Of a DNA stretch of 64,000 nt, positions 32,301 through 43,225 are shown piece after piece. The translations under genes were made by a program, and so were the position numbers. Within the stretch, counting starts at the first letter, position 1, and each line of letters begins with the position of its first letter. The stretch comes from Chrysemys picta bellii (Eukaryota): positions 3,038,001-3,102,000 of the forward strand of contig NC_088810.1 in assembly GCF_011386835.1 (NCBI RefSeq). The letters are read 5' to 3'. The notes beneath the pieces are model-generated. The model saw nothing but the letters and a program-made list of their open reading frames with translations, made no database searches and was not told where the DNA came from.

Positions 32301-35300
32301 GGCCGCCAGCAAGCGCCTGTGATGCGTCCGGACTCGGCGCCCGGCCCTGGCCTTGGCCTTGCTGTGTCTGTGGAAGAGCCAAGCCGTCTGTAGGACGTTC
32401 GCTGCCGAGTTCCTCATCTGGGAGGGACACGGAGTCATGTCAGGATCCTTCCCACAATGCACCGGGCCAGCAGTTCCCTGCCCTACCCCCCCGCCCCACC
32501 TGGGGCCCATGGGCTGGGCTTTTAGGGTGGGACCTGAACTCTGAGGTTGCTCCCTATACTTCCCACAATGCACCTGGGCCACAGGGTTGGGCACTTTCCC
32601 ACCATGCACCGGGTCTTACTATTCCCCTGTCCCACAATGCACCTGGATTTCCAGGGCTTGGCCACTTTCTCACAATACCCCTGTGTCAGTCTGTGCAGGC
32701 CAAGCAGCCCACGGGGGCCCAGCCAAGCCCCACCATGTCGGGGGGGGGGGAGCGGGGGGGCGTCAGGGCCTGGCTGGGGGCGGGGGGGGTGGCATGGGGG
32801 GCCCTGCCTCCTCCCCCCCCCAGCAGGCACCGGGAGCGTTTCCCATCCCCATCCACAGAAGGACATTTGGAAAACAGCCACGTCCCCGGCGCTGGGAGGG
32901 GAGTGAGGTCAGAGCAGGGGAGTCTGGGGGCCCGGACGCCTGGGTTCTGCCCCACCTCTTTGGTGCACTGTATGTCCATCATGAAGTTGTGAACATGTTT
33001 CTCCGCCCGGTTGAACTCCAGTTTGTCGGCTGCCACTGCCACCAGCAGCGCCGTGCAGCCAACGCCCTGCGGCAGAGACAGGGGATGCGATTAGCCAGGC
33101 AGGGTTCCAGGGCAGCACTAGGGGGCGCTGTGCTGCAGGGGGGGCACAGCCCTTACCATGATGCCGGTCCACAGACAGACCAGCCGGCCGCACACCGTCA
33201 CTGGCACCACGTCCCCGTAGCCGATGGTGAGGAAGGTGATGGGGATTAGCCAGAACGTCCCCTCCAGGTGCCCTGCTCCGTTCTCCCTGCAGCATGGGGG
33301 GCAGAGAGACAGCGTCAGAGACCCCCCCACTGAGCCTGCCTTGCCCCCGCCCCCACAATGGCCAACCTCATTATTTTGAGAGAGCCATAAAATATCAGGG
33401 TTGGAAGGGACCTCAGGAGATCATCTAGTCCAACCCCCTGCTCAAAGCAGGACCAATCCCCAGACAGTTTTTTCCCCCCGTTCCCTAAGTGGCCCCCTCA
33501 AGGATTGAACTCACAACCCTTGGCCTTGGTTTAGCAGGCCAATGCTCAAACCACTGAGCTATCCCTCCACTCCAATGCCCCTGGGCCTTCTGCCTGGCTG
33601 CTTTCCCAGCATGCCCTTGGGCCTACAGCGGGAGCTCCTCAACCCACAATGCACCTGGCCGCTTGGCCCCTTTTCCATTCACCTTCAATTGCCGGCTTTC
33701 CCACCATGCCGCTGGGCCTTTGGCCGCTTTCCCATGATGCACCTGGCCTTCAGTAGCCTGCTTCCCTTCGATTCACTTGGGCCTTTGGCCACTTTCCCAT
33801 GATGCACCTGGGCCTAAATTAACCTGCTTTCCCATGGTGCACTTGGGCCGTAAGTTGGCCCCTTTCCCACAATGCACTTCGGCCCTGGACCACTTTCCCA
33901 CAGTGCACCTCAGCCGAAAGTTGCCTGCTTTCCCACGATGCCCCAGGGCCCTCAGCTGCCTCCATCCCTGGGGCCAAGCCTGCTCTCCCACAATCCGCTC
34001 GGGGCCTACGTTGGCCGCTTTCCCAGCCTGCCCTGGGGCCCTTGGCCGCCCCGCGCCCGGCCACACCTCTCGCAGACGGACAGCACCCAGGAGGCGGTGA
34101 GCCAGAGCCCCAGGGTGAGCACCAGCAGCACGCGGCCGGGCTGGCCGTTGACCAGCAGACGCAGGACGAAGGGGTACCGGAAGCGGATCTGGTTGAGGGA
34201 GCCGATGGTGCGGTACGAGGCGTCCCCCAGCACGTGGCTCTGCAGCAGCGCGGCCCGCGGGACCAGGTACAGCCGCAGGAACATCATCAGCGACAGCAGC
34301 ATCTCGGCCCCTGGCAGGAAGGACGTCGGGGGGCCCAGCTCGGGGGCCAGGCAGGGGGAGCCCCCCGTGGGGAAGGGGTGCAGGGCGCAGACCAGCAGCT
34401 CCAGCAGGATCAGGCCCAGTTTGGGGCCGCTCACCGCGATGCGCCAGTCCTGGAGCGAGTTGTCCAGCATGAAGAGCTGTGGGGGGAGAGAGAGGGAGAG
34501 CATGGAACCCAGGAGTCCGGGCTCCCCCCCGGCCCCCCCCCCCGGCTCTAACCCACCAGGCCCCACTCCTCTCCCGGAGCCGGGGAGAGAACCCAGGCGT
34601 CCGGGCTCCCCACCGGCTCTAATCCACCAGACCCCACTCCTCTCCCGGAGCCGAGGAGAGAACCCAGGAGTCCGGGCTCCCCACCGGCTCTAATCCACCA
34701 GACCCCACTCCTCTCCCGGAGCCGGGGAGAGAACCCAGGAGTCCGGGCTCCCCCCCCCCCCCCGGCTCTAACCCACCAGACCCCACTCCTCTCCCGGAGC
34801 CGAGGAGAGAACCCAGGAGTCCTGACTTCACCCCTCTCTCTCTGTCACGGTTTCTCTCTTCCATTTTCACTTTCTCCATCTTTCTTGCCCTCTCTGGGAT
34901 TTGCCCCTGCCTGGGGGAGGACCCTCCGTTCAATGGAGCAACCACCGTCCTCCCGGCCCCAGCTCCGGCTCCTGGGGGTCTGTGGGGAGCTCAGCCCCAC
35001 AGCCAGCTGCTGCGGGTGGGGGCCAGTAACAGCCCCCCACTGCCCTGCCCCCCAGGGACCATCAGGGCAGGGGCAGGGAGACCCAGAGCTACTCTCCCAT
35101 TAGTGGGGCCCAGGAGTGGCTGGACCGGGGTGCGGGGGGGGGGGGGAGAGCGGGAGTGTGTGTGTGTGTGACCCACTGCTGGGGGGGCTGAGCCCTGCTC
35201 CGTGTGTTTACGTCTGGGCCCAGAGGCGTGTGCAGGTGACTCACAGCCGGGATCTCTTCACTCCCCTGGGGCGGGAAACTTCCACCCTCGCAAGATCAAC

Positions 35301-38300
35301 CTCCCGTTTCCGCCCCACAGGCGGCTGGGACTCCAACANNNNNNNNNNNNNNNNNNNNNNNNNNNNNNNNNNNNNNNNNNNNNNNNNNNNNNNNNNNNNN
35401 NNNNNNNNNNNNNNNNNNNNNNNNNNNNNNNNNNNNNNNNNNNNNNNNNNNNNNNNNNNNNNNNNNNNNNNNNNNNNNNNNNNNNNNNNNNNNNNNNNNN
35501 NNNNNNNNNNNNNNNNNNNNNNNNNNNNNNNNNNNNNNNNNNNNNNNNNNNNNNNNNNNNNNNNNNNNNNNNNNNNNNNNNNNNNNNNNNNNNNNNNNNN
35601 NNNNNNNNNNNNNNNNNNNNNNGCAGCAGGGACATAAACACCCAGCCCACAACTCACAACCCCGTCACCCACCAGCAGCCGAAGCAGCTAGAAAAGCCCA
35701 AACTCAGCCTGATCTGGGGAGATTAGATGGAATCTGCCCCCAACCGACGGAAAAATAGTCAGTGAGCGTTTTCTGTCACTGGTGTGGGGGGTTGGAGTGG
35801 GGGCTGGGAGCCAGGACTCCTGGGTTCTTTCCCCGGCTCTGGGAGGGGAGTGGGGTCTAGTGGTTAGAGCAGGGGGGTAGGGGGATGGGGCAGGACTCCT
35901 GGGTTCTTTTCCCGGCTCTGGGAGGGGAGTGGGGTCTAGTGCTTAGAGTGCGGGGAGGGGCCTGGGAACCAGGACTCCTGGGTTCTTTCCCCGGCTCTGG
36001 GAGGGGAGTGAGTCTAATGGTTAGAGCAGGGGGGTAGGGGGATGGGGCAGAACTCCTGGGTTCTTTCCCCGGCTCTGGGAGGGGAGTGATGTCTAGTGGT
36101 TAGAGCAGGGGGATGGGGCAGGACTCCTGGGTTCTTTCCCTGGCTCTGGGAGGGTAGTGGGGTCTAGTGGTTAGAGTGCGGGGAGGGGCCTGGGAACTAG
36201 GACTCCTGGGTTCTTTCCCTGGCTCTGGGAGGGGAGTGATGTCTAATGGTTAGAGCAGGGGGGTAGGGGGATGGGGCAGGACTCCTGGGTTCTTTCCCCG
36301 GCTCTGGGAGGGGAGTGGGGTCTAGTGGTTAGAGTGCGGGGAGGGGCCTGGGAACCAGGACTCCTGGGTTCTTTCCCCGGCTCTGGGAGGGGAGTGAGTC
36401 TAATGGTTAGAGCAGGGGGGTAGGGGGATGGGGCAGGACTCCTGGGTTCTTTCCCCGGCTCTGGGAGGGGAGTGATGTCTAGTGGTTGGGGGGGGGGGGC
36501 GAGAAGAGGAGCCAGGACTCCTGGGTTCCAATTTGACTTGGGAAAAGCTGGTAAGGAGGTGGCTACTTTAGAGCCAAGAGCTCAGAGCAGCTGGGGGGAG
36601 CTTCAGTCCCAAACAGGGGAACCCCAAATGTGCCCCCACCCCACCCACTGAAGGGGAGCCTTCTTGGGGGTGGGGGGAATTAAGGGCAAGCTGGGGGGAC
36701 GTTCCTAGGACCCTGGCCTGGCCGACATTTGGGGGGAGGGGCCTTACCTGGATCTCCTTGACGTGGAAGGCGAGGATGACGCCCAGCAGGGCGGCGGTGG
36801 AGAGCGAGAGGAGGCATTTCACCAGGAACAGATACGCAAACCACTGAGAGGGGGAGAGAAAATGGGAGTGAAACCCCCTGAGCCAGCCAGGCCCTGCCCT
36901 GGGGCTGGATGGGAGCCAGCGCCCCCTAGAGGGGAGAGGCCCCGAGCCCCATTCCCGCCCCAGCCAGGGTGGGTGGGTCTGGGGTGTTTGACCCCCCGGG
37001 GCGCTGTAGATCTCAGTACAAAATCTCATTGTTCTTTGTTATTGACCCAGGAAAGCGGCCGCCAGCCAAGGCCGATACCACAGCCTGGCCCCAAGGGGGT
37101 GGGGGGTGGGGATCGTCCCCCCCCCCGTCCCAGACGGCTGCCTCCAGCCCAGCTCAGATCGCAGCCCCACCCTGAGCAAACACGGCGCTGCCGGGCAGGT
37201 GGAGGGTTTGGAGTGAGGCCAGGAAGAACTTGGGGATTCGCCACAGAGAAGAGGGCAGGGTGCGGGCAAGGCCGCTTGGAGAGAGGCGGGCGCAGGGAAC
37301 CCAGAACCCAGCCCTGAAAGAAGCCCGGAGTCCGGACTCCCAGCCCCTCCCTCTGCTCTAACCACTAGACCCCACTCCCCTCCCAAAGCCAGGGAGAGAA
37401 CCCAGGAGTCCTGGCTCCCAGCCCCTGCTCTAACCACTAGACCCTACTCCCCTCCCAGAGCCAGGGATAGAACCCAGGAGTCCTGGCTCCCAGCCCCCCC
37501 GCGCTAACCCCCAGACCACCCTCCCCCATTCCCTGTACAATGATTTATCGATCTCCTTCCGTATGAAGCTGCCACCTCCTCCGTCCCTATCAATATTTAT
37601 CCTGTCACTGGCCCAGAATCAACACCCCCGCTGAAGGGCGCGATTGTGTTGGGAACAATCGGAGCAGCCAGTCTTGGCGGCTTCTTGCAAATGGGGCTGG
37701 ATGGTGCCAAGAGTGGGAGCGGGATGGCCAAGGTCTGCATCGGGAGCTGGTGCCCAGAGAGACATCAAAATGATCACTGCTTCGTGCCTCAGTTTCCCCA
37801 CTAATTCCTCCACCCTGCTCCCTGCAGCACAGCGCCCCCTAGCGCCACGCGGGGGCATCGGGACCAGCCCTGCCTGCCAGGTGAGAGCCCCCACCCTGCT
37901 CCCTGCAGTACAGGTTGTTTTTGCACCGTCTCCGGGTTCCCGCCCAGACATGCCCACAGAAGGGAGGGTTCTGGGAGAGGGCCCAGAACGGATCCAGGGG
38001 CCCGTTCCAGACACCGAGCCAGGATGCGCCCACGGCTAACTGCTGGGAGGGTCCATTGGCTGCCGGAGAGTTCCAGCCGTTAGCCAAACCCCACCGAGAT
38101 TCCAGAGCAGGGAGTCAGGACTCCTGGGTTCTACAGCAAGGGACAAGATGAGAACCCAGGAGTCCAGGCTCCCAGGCCCTCCCCCCTGCTCTAACCCACT
38201 AGAACCCACTCCCCTCCCAGATGTAGAGATAGAACCCAGGAGTCCGGGCTCCCAGCCCCCCACTCTGACACTACCCCCCCCCCCCCCAGCATCCCTCCCC

Positions 38301-39417
38301 ACAATGGCCCGTGGCTGGTGGCTGGTTAAATAAATGATTTGAATCATTAAGTTTCTGCAGCCTGGGGCTTGTGCCACCAGGCAACAAATTCCAGCACGTG
38401 GCGGCTAGTTCCGGGATGGGGCTCTGGGTCTGGAGTGAGGGGCACCGGCAGAGCTGGGGGGTGGACCCAGGCTGGGCTGGCAGGGGCTGCGGGTCGGGAG
38501 TGAGGGGCACCGGCAGAGTTGGGGGTGGGGAAGCAGGGGCTGCGGGTCGGGGCTGAAGGGCACCGGCAGAGCTGGGGGTGGGATAGCAGGGGCTGCGGGT
38601 CGGGAGTGAGGGGCACCGGCACAGCTGGGGGTGGGGAAGCAGGGAGGGCTGCGGGTCGGGAGTGAGGGGCACCGGCAGAGTGGGGGGTGGGGAAGCAGGG
38701 GGCTGCGGGTCGGGAGTGAGGGGCACCAGCAGAGCGAGGGGTGGGGAAGCAGGGGGGGCTGCGGGTCGGGAGTGAGGGGCACCGGCAGAGCTGGGGTGGG
38801 GAAGCAGGGGCTGCGGGTCGGGAGTGAGGGGCACCAGCAGAGTGGGGGGTGGGATAGCAGGGGCTGCGGGTCGGGAGTGAGGGGCACCAGCAGAGCGGGG
38901 GGTGGAGGTAGCAGGGGCTGCGGGTCGGGAGTGAGGGGCACCGGCAGAGCAGGGGGTGGGGAAGCAGGGGCTGCGGGTCGGGAGTGAGGGGCACCGGCAG
39001 AGCGGGGGGTGGGGAAGCAGGGGCTGCGGGTCGGGAGTGAGGGGCACCAGCAGAGCTGGGGGTGGGGGTAGCAGGGGCTGCGGGTCGGGAGTGAGGGGCA
39101 CCGGCAGAGCTGGGGGTGGGGAAGCAGGGGCTGCGGGTCGGGAGTGAGGGGCACCGGCAGAGCGGGGGGTGGGGAAGCAGGGGGCTGCAGGTCGGGAGTG
39201 AGGGGCACCCTCCTACCTTGCAGCCCCCGAACCAGGCCAGCTCCGTGTGCAGCACCATCAGCAGGATCCCCCCGAGTGCCAGGGCCAGGCCCCAGCCCGC
39301 CAGCTGCCCCTCGGCCTTCAGCAGCCCCTTCCGCAGCTGCAGCCGCCGCAGGTTCTCGCCCGGCGCCCCCGGCACGGGCAGGACTGCGGCTTCGGGGGGG
39401 TTCTGCTTGACTCCCAT
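29377..39417 (-). CDS. KCNN4: Intermediate-conductance Ca2+-activated K+ channel KCa3.1, 9 coding exons, 442 aa
   Basis: GT-AG exons 39417-39217, 36843-36748, 34476-34067, 33286-33157, 33066-32956, 32417-32293, 31562-31493, 31050-30873 and 29384-29377 sum to 1329 nt. Pore [34 protein letters not shown] and calmodulin-binding region [10 protein letters not shown]. Syntenic with SMG9. Confidence 0.96.
29545..30865. repeat. GC-rich minisatellite array (KCNN4 intron 8)
   Basis: More than 20 copies of GGGCTGGCAGGGGCTGCGGGTC(G/A)GGAGTGAGGGGCACCGGCAG. Confidence 0.95.
31586..32150. repeat. Homogeneous 43-bp VNTR (KCNN4 intron 6)
   Basis: About 13 copies of CCAGCCGGTGCCCCTCACTCCCGACCCGCAGCCCCCTGCT(G/A)G(T/A). 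Same family as the introns 1 and 8 arrays, opposite orientation. Confidence 0.95.
33387..33568 (-). mobile_element. CR1 LINE 3' fragment
   Basis: AATATCAGGGTTGGAAGGGACCTCAGGAGATCATCTAGTCCAACCCC. Confidence 0.85.
34500..34825 (-). repeat. Tandem MIR-head-like units (KCNN4 intron 2)
   Basis: Repeated GAGAGAACCCAGG(A/C)GTCCGGGCTCCCC...CTCTAA(C/T)CCACCAGACCCCACTCC. Confidence 0.8.
35339..35622. other. Assembly gap (284 N) in KCNN4 intron 2
   Basis: Run of N. Confidence 1.
35790..36530 (+). repeat. Tandem array (~10 x ~78 bp) of a MIR/CORE-SINE tRNA-like head
   Basis: Units GGACTCCTGGGTTCTTTCCCCGGCTCTGGGAGGGGAGTG...TCTA(G/A)TGGTTAGAG. Confidence 0.85.
38420..39210. repeat. GC-rich minisatellite array (KCNN4 intron 1)
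   Basis: About 14 copies of GCAGGGGCTGCGGGTCGGGAGTGAGGGGCACC(G/A)GCAGAG. Confidence 0.95.
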
Positions 39418-39889
39418 CTCATGGGCGTAGGGGGGCACGGGCAGGCAGGGGGCGAGGGACCCCCCGGCTGGCCCCCATCGCTGGCGCTTCAGCAACCAGC
39501 ACGCAGCCAGTGTGACACCGGGGGGCACAACCCCTAGGCGGGCTGGCAGGGGCACGGAGCAGAAAGGGGGGGAAATCGAGGGGGTGGGGAAGGAAGGAAG
39601 GAAGGAAGGAGGGGGTGAGAGTCACTGCAAAAGGCCGGGCGGCAGAGAGAAGGGGGTGACTGGCGAGAGACGGCACGCGAGCGAGTCAGCCTGGCAGAGA
39701 GGTGCTGGGACCGCGGGAACGGGACAGCCCCAGACAGAGACGGTGGAACAAAGGGAGCGGGTGAGACCGAGAAAAGGAGGGAATTTGGAAGAGATGGGCA
39801 GAGAGAGAAGAGAATGGAGGGAGTGTAGAAGAGAGAGAGATGGAGTGATAACAAGATAGAAGGAACGTGGAAGAGAGACAGATGAAGGG

Positions 39890-40460
39890 GTGTTAGGACA
39901 GAGGGGAGGTGGCAGGGGTGAGTGGAGGGAAGGTGGCAGGGGAAGATCAAGGGAAGATGACAGCGGGCAAAGGGAAGGTGGCAGGGGCGGGTGGAGGGTA
40001 GAAGTACGGAGGGAAGGTGGCAGGGGCGGGTGGAGGGTAGAAGTAGGGAGGGAAGGTGGCAGGGGAAGGTGGAGGGTAGTAGTAGGGAGGGAAGGTGGCA
40101 GGGGAAGGTGGAGGGTAGTAGTAGGGAGGGAAGGTGGCAGGGGCGGGTGTGGGGTTGAAGTAGGGAGAGAAGGTGGCAGGGGAAGGTGGAGGGAAGGTGA
40201 CTGCGGGCAAAGGGAAGGTGGCAGGGGCAGGTGGAGGGTTGAAGTAGGGAGGGAAGGTGGCAGGGGAAGGTGGAGGGAAGGTGGCAGCGGGCAAAGGGAA
40301 GGTGGCAGGGGCGGGTGGAGGGTAGAAGTATGGAGGGAAGGTGGCAGGGGCGAGTGGAGGGAAGGTGGCAGGGGAAGATCGAGGGAAGATGACAGCGGGC
40401 AAAGGGAAGGTGGCAGGGGCGGGTGGAGGGTAGAAGTACGGAGGGAAGGTGACAGACCCA
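39890..40460. repeat. G/purine-rich tandem repeat upstream of KCNN4
   Basis: Repeated GGAGGGAAGGTGGCAGGGG units. Confidence 0.9.
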
Positions 40461-41385
40461 GACAAGCAGGTGAAGGGCAGCAGGTGGAGGGAAGAGGGAG
40501 AGGGAGAGGGTGGCAGGCGGAGGGGTGGAGCGGGGGGATCCCCAGCCGGGCAAGGGCACCTGGCAGCTGCTGGGTTCGGCTCTGGGTCGCTCCCTTCTCT
40601 GCCCCGCCGCGATCTGGCCCCTGGGTGCGGCAGGGCAGGGTGAGGGTGAGGGTTGGCGGGGAGGGGAGGGACTTAAAGGAGCAGCAAGTGTCCTGGGACG
40701 AAAAGGGGCGGGGGAAGGAGCCCAGGGCTGGGCTGGCAGGGGCTGCAGGTCGGGAGTGAGGGGCACCGGCAGAGCTGGGGGGCAGGGCTGGGCTAGCAGG
40801 GGGCTGCGGGTCGGGAGTGAGGGGCACCGGCAGAGCTGGGGGGGCGGAGCCCAGGGCTGGGTGAGGGGCTGCAGATCGGGAGTGAGGGGCACCGGCAGGG
40901 CTGGGGGTGGGGGTGGCGTGGGACCTGAATCCCAGACCCCGCCCCCCAGGAACGGGGGTGGGGAGGGGGAGGGATTCCCCTCCCACCCCCTGTCTCGGGG
41001 GTGGGTCCGAGCCGGGGAGGTGGCTGGTGAATTCCTGAGTCATGGGCAGGGTGGGGGTCTCTGAAGGGACAGACCTGGCTTGGAGCCCAGGTGGGAGGGG
41101 CTGGAATCTGCCCCCTGCCCTCCCCATCTCCCTCTCCTTCCCCAGCCTGGGGCGGGAGGGGGGGTCGGATAGTTTTCAAGGAAAGGCTCCGTCCAAGCCA
41201 CAGACTGAGCTCCTCCCCCCAACACGGCTCTGCCGGTGCCCCTCACTCCCGACTCGCAGCCCCTGCTAGCCCAGCCCTGGGCTCCCCCCCAGCCCGGCCG
41301 GTGCCCCTCACTCCTGAGCCGCAGCCCCTGCTAGCCCAGCCCTGGGCTCCCCCCCCAACCCTGCCGGTGCCCCCCAAGAAGGAGG

Positions 41386-41465
41386 TGACTCACCCCCAGC
41401 CCCTCTCAGCCCCCCCCAGCCCCGCTGGGCTCTGAGTCACCAGGGAGGCTGCCACCCCTGACTCA
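41386..41465. promoter_or_regulatory. Cluster of three AP-1 consensus sites ~2 kb upstream of the KCNN4 ATG
   Basis: TGACTCA at 41386-41392, TGAGTCA at 41433-41439 and TGACTCA at 41459-41465. Confidence 0.55.
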
Positions 41466-41629
41466 GCCCAGGCACATCCTGTGGCATCCCTGATTTCCCC
41501 GGCCGCCCCGCCCTGCGCCCCCCTCCCCCACACACACACCTGGGACGGGCTAGGGATTTGTTCCCCTGTATACACAGCCGCCCTGCCCCAGAAGCAGCCG
41601 CATCTCAGCACCGGGCGAGGTGTCCCTGT

Positions 41630-41890
41630 ATAAGAACATAAGAACGGCCAGACTGGGTGAGACCAAAGGTCCATCTAGCCTAGTATCCTGTCTTCCGACA
41701 GCGACCAGTGCCAGGTGCCCCCAAGGGAATGAACAGAACAGGAAATCATCAAGTGATCCATCCCCTGTCGCCCATTCCCAGCTTCTGGAAAACAGAGGCT
41801 AAGGATACCATCCCTGCCCATCCGGGCTAATAGCCATTGATGGACCTATCCCCCATGAACTAATCTAGTTTCTTTTCTGAACCCTGTTAT
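41630..41890 (-). mobile_element. CR1 LINE 3' fragment (AAGAACAT-tail type)
   Basis: TAAGAACATAAGAACGGCCAGACTGGGTGAGACCAAAGGTCCATCTAG is the reverse complement of the 3' end seen at ~61600-61652. Confidence 0.85.
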
Positions 41891-41894
41891 AGCC

Positions 41895-42255
41895 CCAGCG
41901 TCCCACCCCAGAGGTGGCTGCATCTCAGCGCCAGGCGAGGGGGCCCTGTATAACCAGCCCCTGTGTCCCATCTCAGAGGTGGCTGCATCTCGGCACCGAG
42001 CGAGGGGGCCCTGTATAACCAGCCCCCCCGTCCCACCCCAGAGGTGGCTGCATCTCAGTGCCGAGCGAGGGGTCCCTGTATAACCAGCCCCCCCCCCACC
42101 CCAGAGGTGGCTGCATCTCAGTGCCGAGCGAGGGGGCCCTGTATAACCAGCCCTCGTGCCCCACCCCAAAGGTGGCTGCATCTCAGTGCCGAGCGAGGGG
42201 GCCCTGTATAACCAACCCCCCTGTCCCACCCCAGAGGTGGCTGCATCTCGGCGCC
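41895..42255. repeat. ~60-bp minisatellite (6 copies)
   Basis: CCCAGAGGTGGCTGCATCTCAGTGCCGAGCGAGGGGGCCCTGTATAACCAGCC. Dispersed monomers occur at ~17470, 22020, 27905 and 63895. Confidence 0.9.
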
Positions 42256-42489
42256 GGCTGAGCACTGCTGAAGCTGTGTTACATGAGCGGCAGCCAAGGT
42301 GCCCTGTCATGGTGAATAAGGGAGCTCCGCTAACTGGGAGGAAGAGAAAATATGATTCATAAAGGGACGGGTGAGCCGCAAACGGCTATTTTCAAGAGCG
42401 ACGGGAGGGGTCGGAAATCAGCCTGGATCCTGGGCTGGAAAATATGAGCCCTTCCCCTGATAGGGAGAAATCCCTGCAGTCCTAGCAGC

Positions 42490-43193
42490 TGCACGGGGCC
42501 CAGGGGGAGCCCAGAGTTGGGCTAGCGGGGGGCTGCAGGTCGGGAATGAGGGGCACCGGTGGAGCTGGCGGGGGAGTCCAGGACTGGGACAGCAGCAACC
42601 CCAGGTGCTCCCCCCATACGTGCCCCGCTCACCTCTTCCCAGAAGCCCTTGGGGAACTGAGAGTTGTGACATGGGGTTTCTGGACTCTGTTTCTTTCCGA
42701 AGGCTCAGGTCTGGCTCATGACCCTCAGTGGCTTCCCCTTGGTTCCTGAAACCTTCCCTTCCGCCCTGGGCAAAACAGGAACCACACACAGGGGTCAGGG
42801 ACGATGGATGTCTAGCTTTCTTCCCCAGCTCAGCTTCCCATTGGCAAGTCAGGGCCACGCTCTCTGCCTCAGTTTCCCTCTCTGTACAATAGGGATAATG
42901 ATCCTGTTAGACTGTGAGCGCTCGGGGCAGGGCCTGTCTCTGGCTGTGTGTGGGCAGCGCCTGGCACGACGGGGCCCAGATCCCAGTTGTGCCTGGTGAC
43001 ACCACTGAAATGCACAGAATTATTCATTTCTCCTCGGCAGGGATGGGAACTGGCGGAGACCCCGGGGACGGTTCGGGCTTATTTAGTTACACACACAGTG
43101 AGGGAGCTCAGAGATTTCACCTCCAAACAGAAAAAGTTACACACACAGGTTTCAGAGTAGCAGCCGTGTTAGTCTGTATTGTTCTTTTTACAC

Positions 43194-43225
<32 letters not shown>

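Noticed and set aside
35116-35726. ORFs with poly-X
   Set aside because: Artefacts of reading through the N gap.
35790-36530. tRNA gene cluster
   Set aside because: Only A/B-box-like remnants without anticodon arm or acceptor stem; SINE-derived.
38271-41127. ORFs of 267-501 aa around KCNN4 exon 1
   Set aside because: Only 39417-39217 is KCNN4-like; the rest is minisatellite and low-complexity sequence.
41600-41625. Possible REST/RE1 site (TCAGCACC) upstream of KCNN4
   Set aside because: Only the left half matches and it lies in a common repeat monomer.
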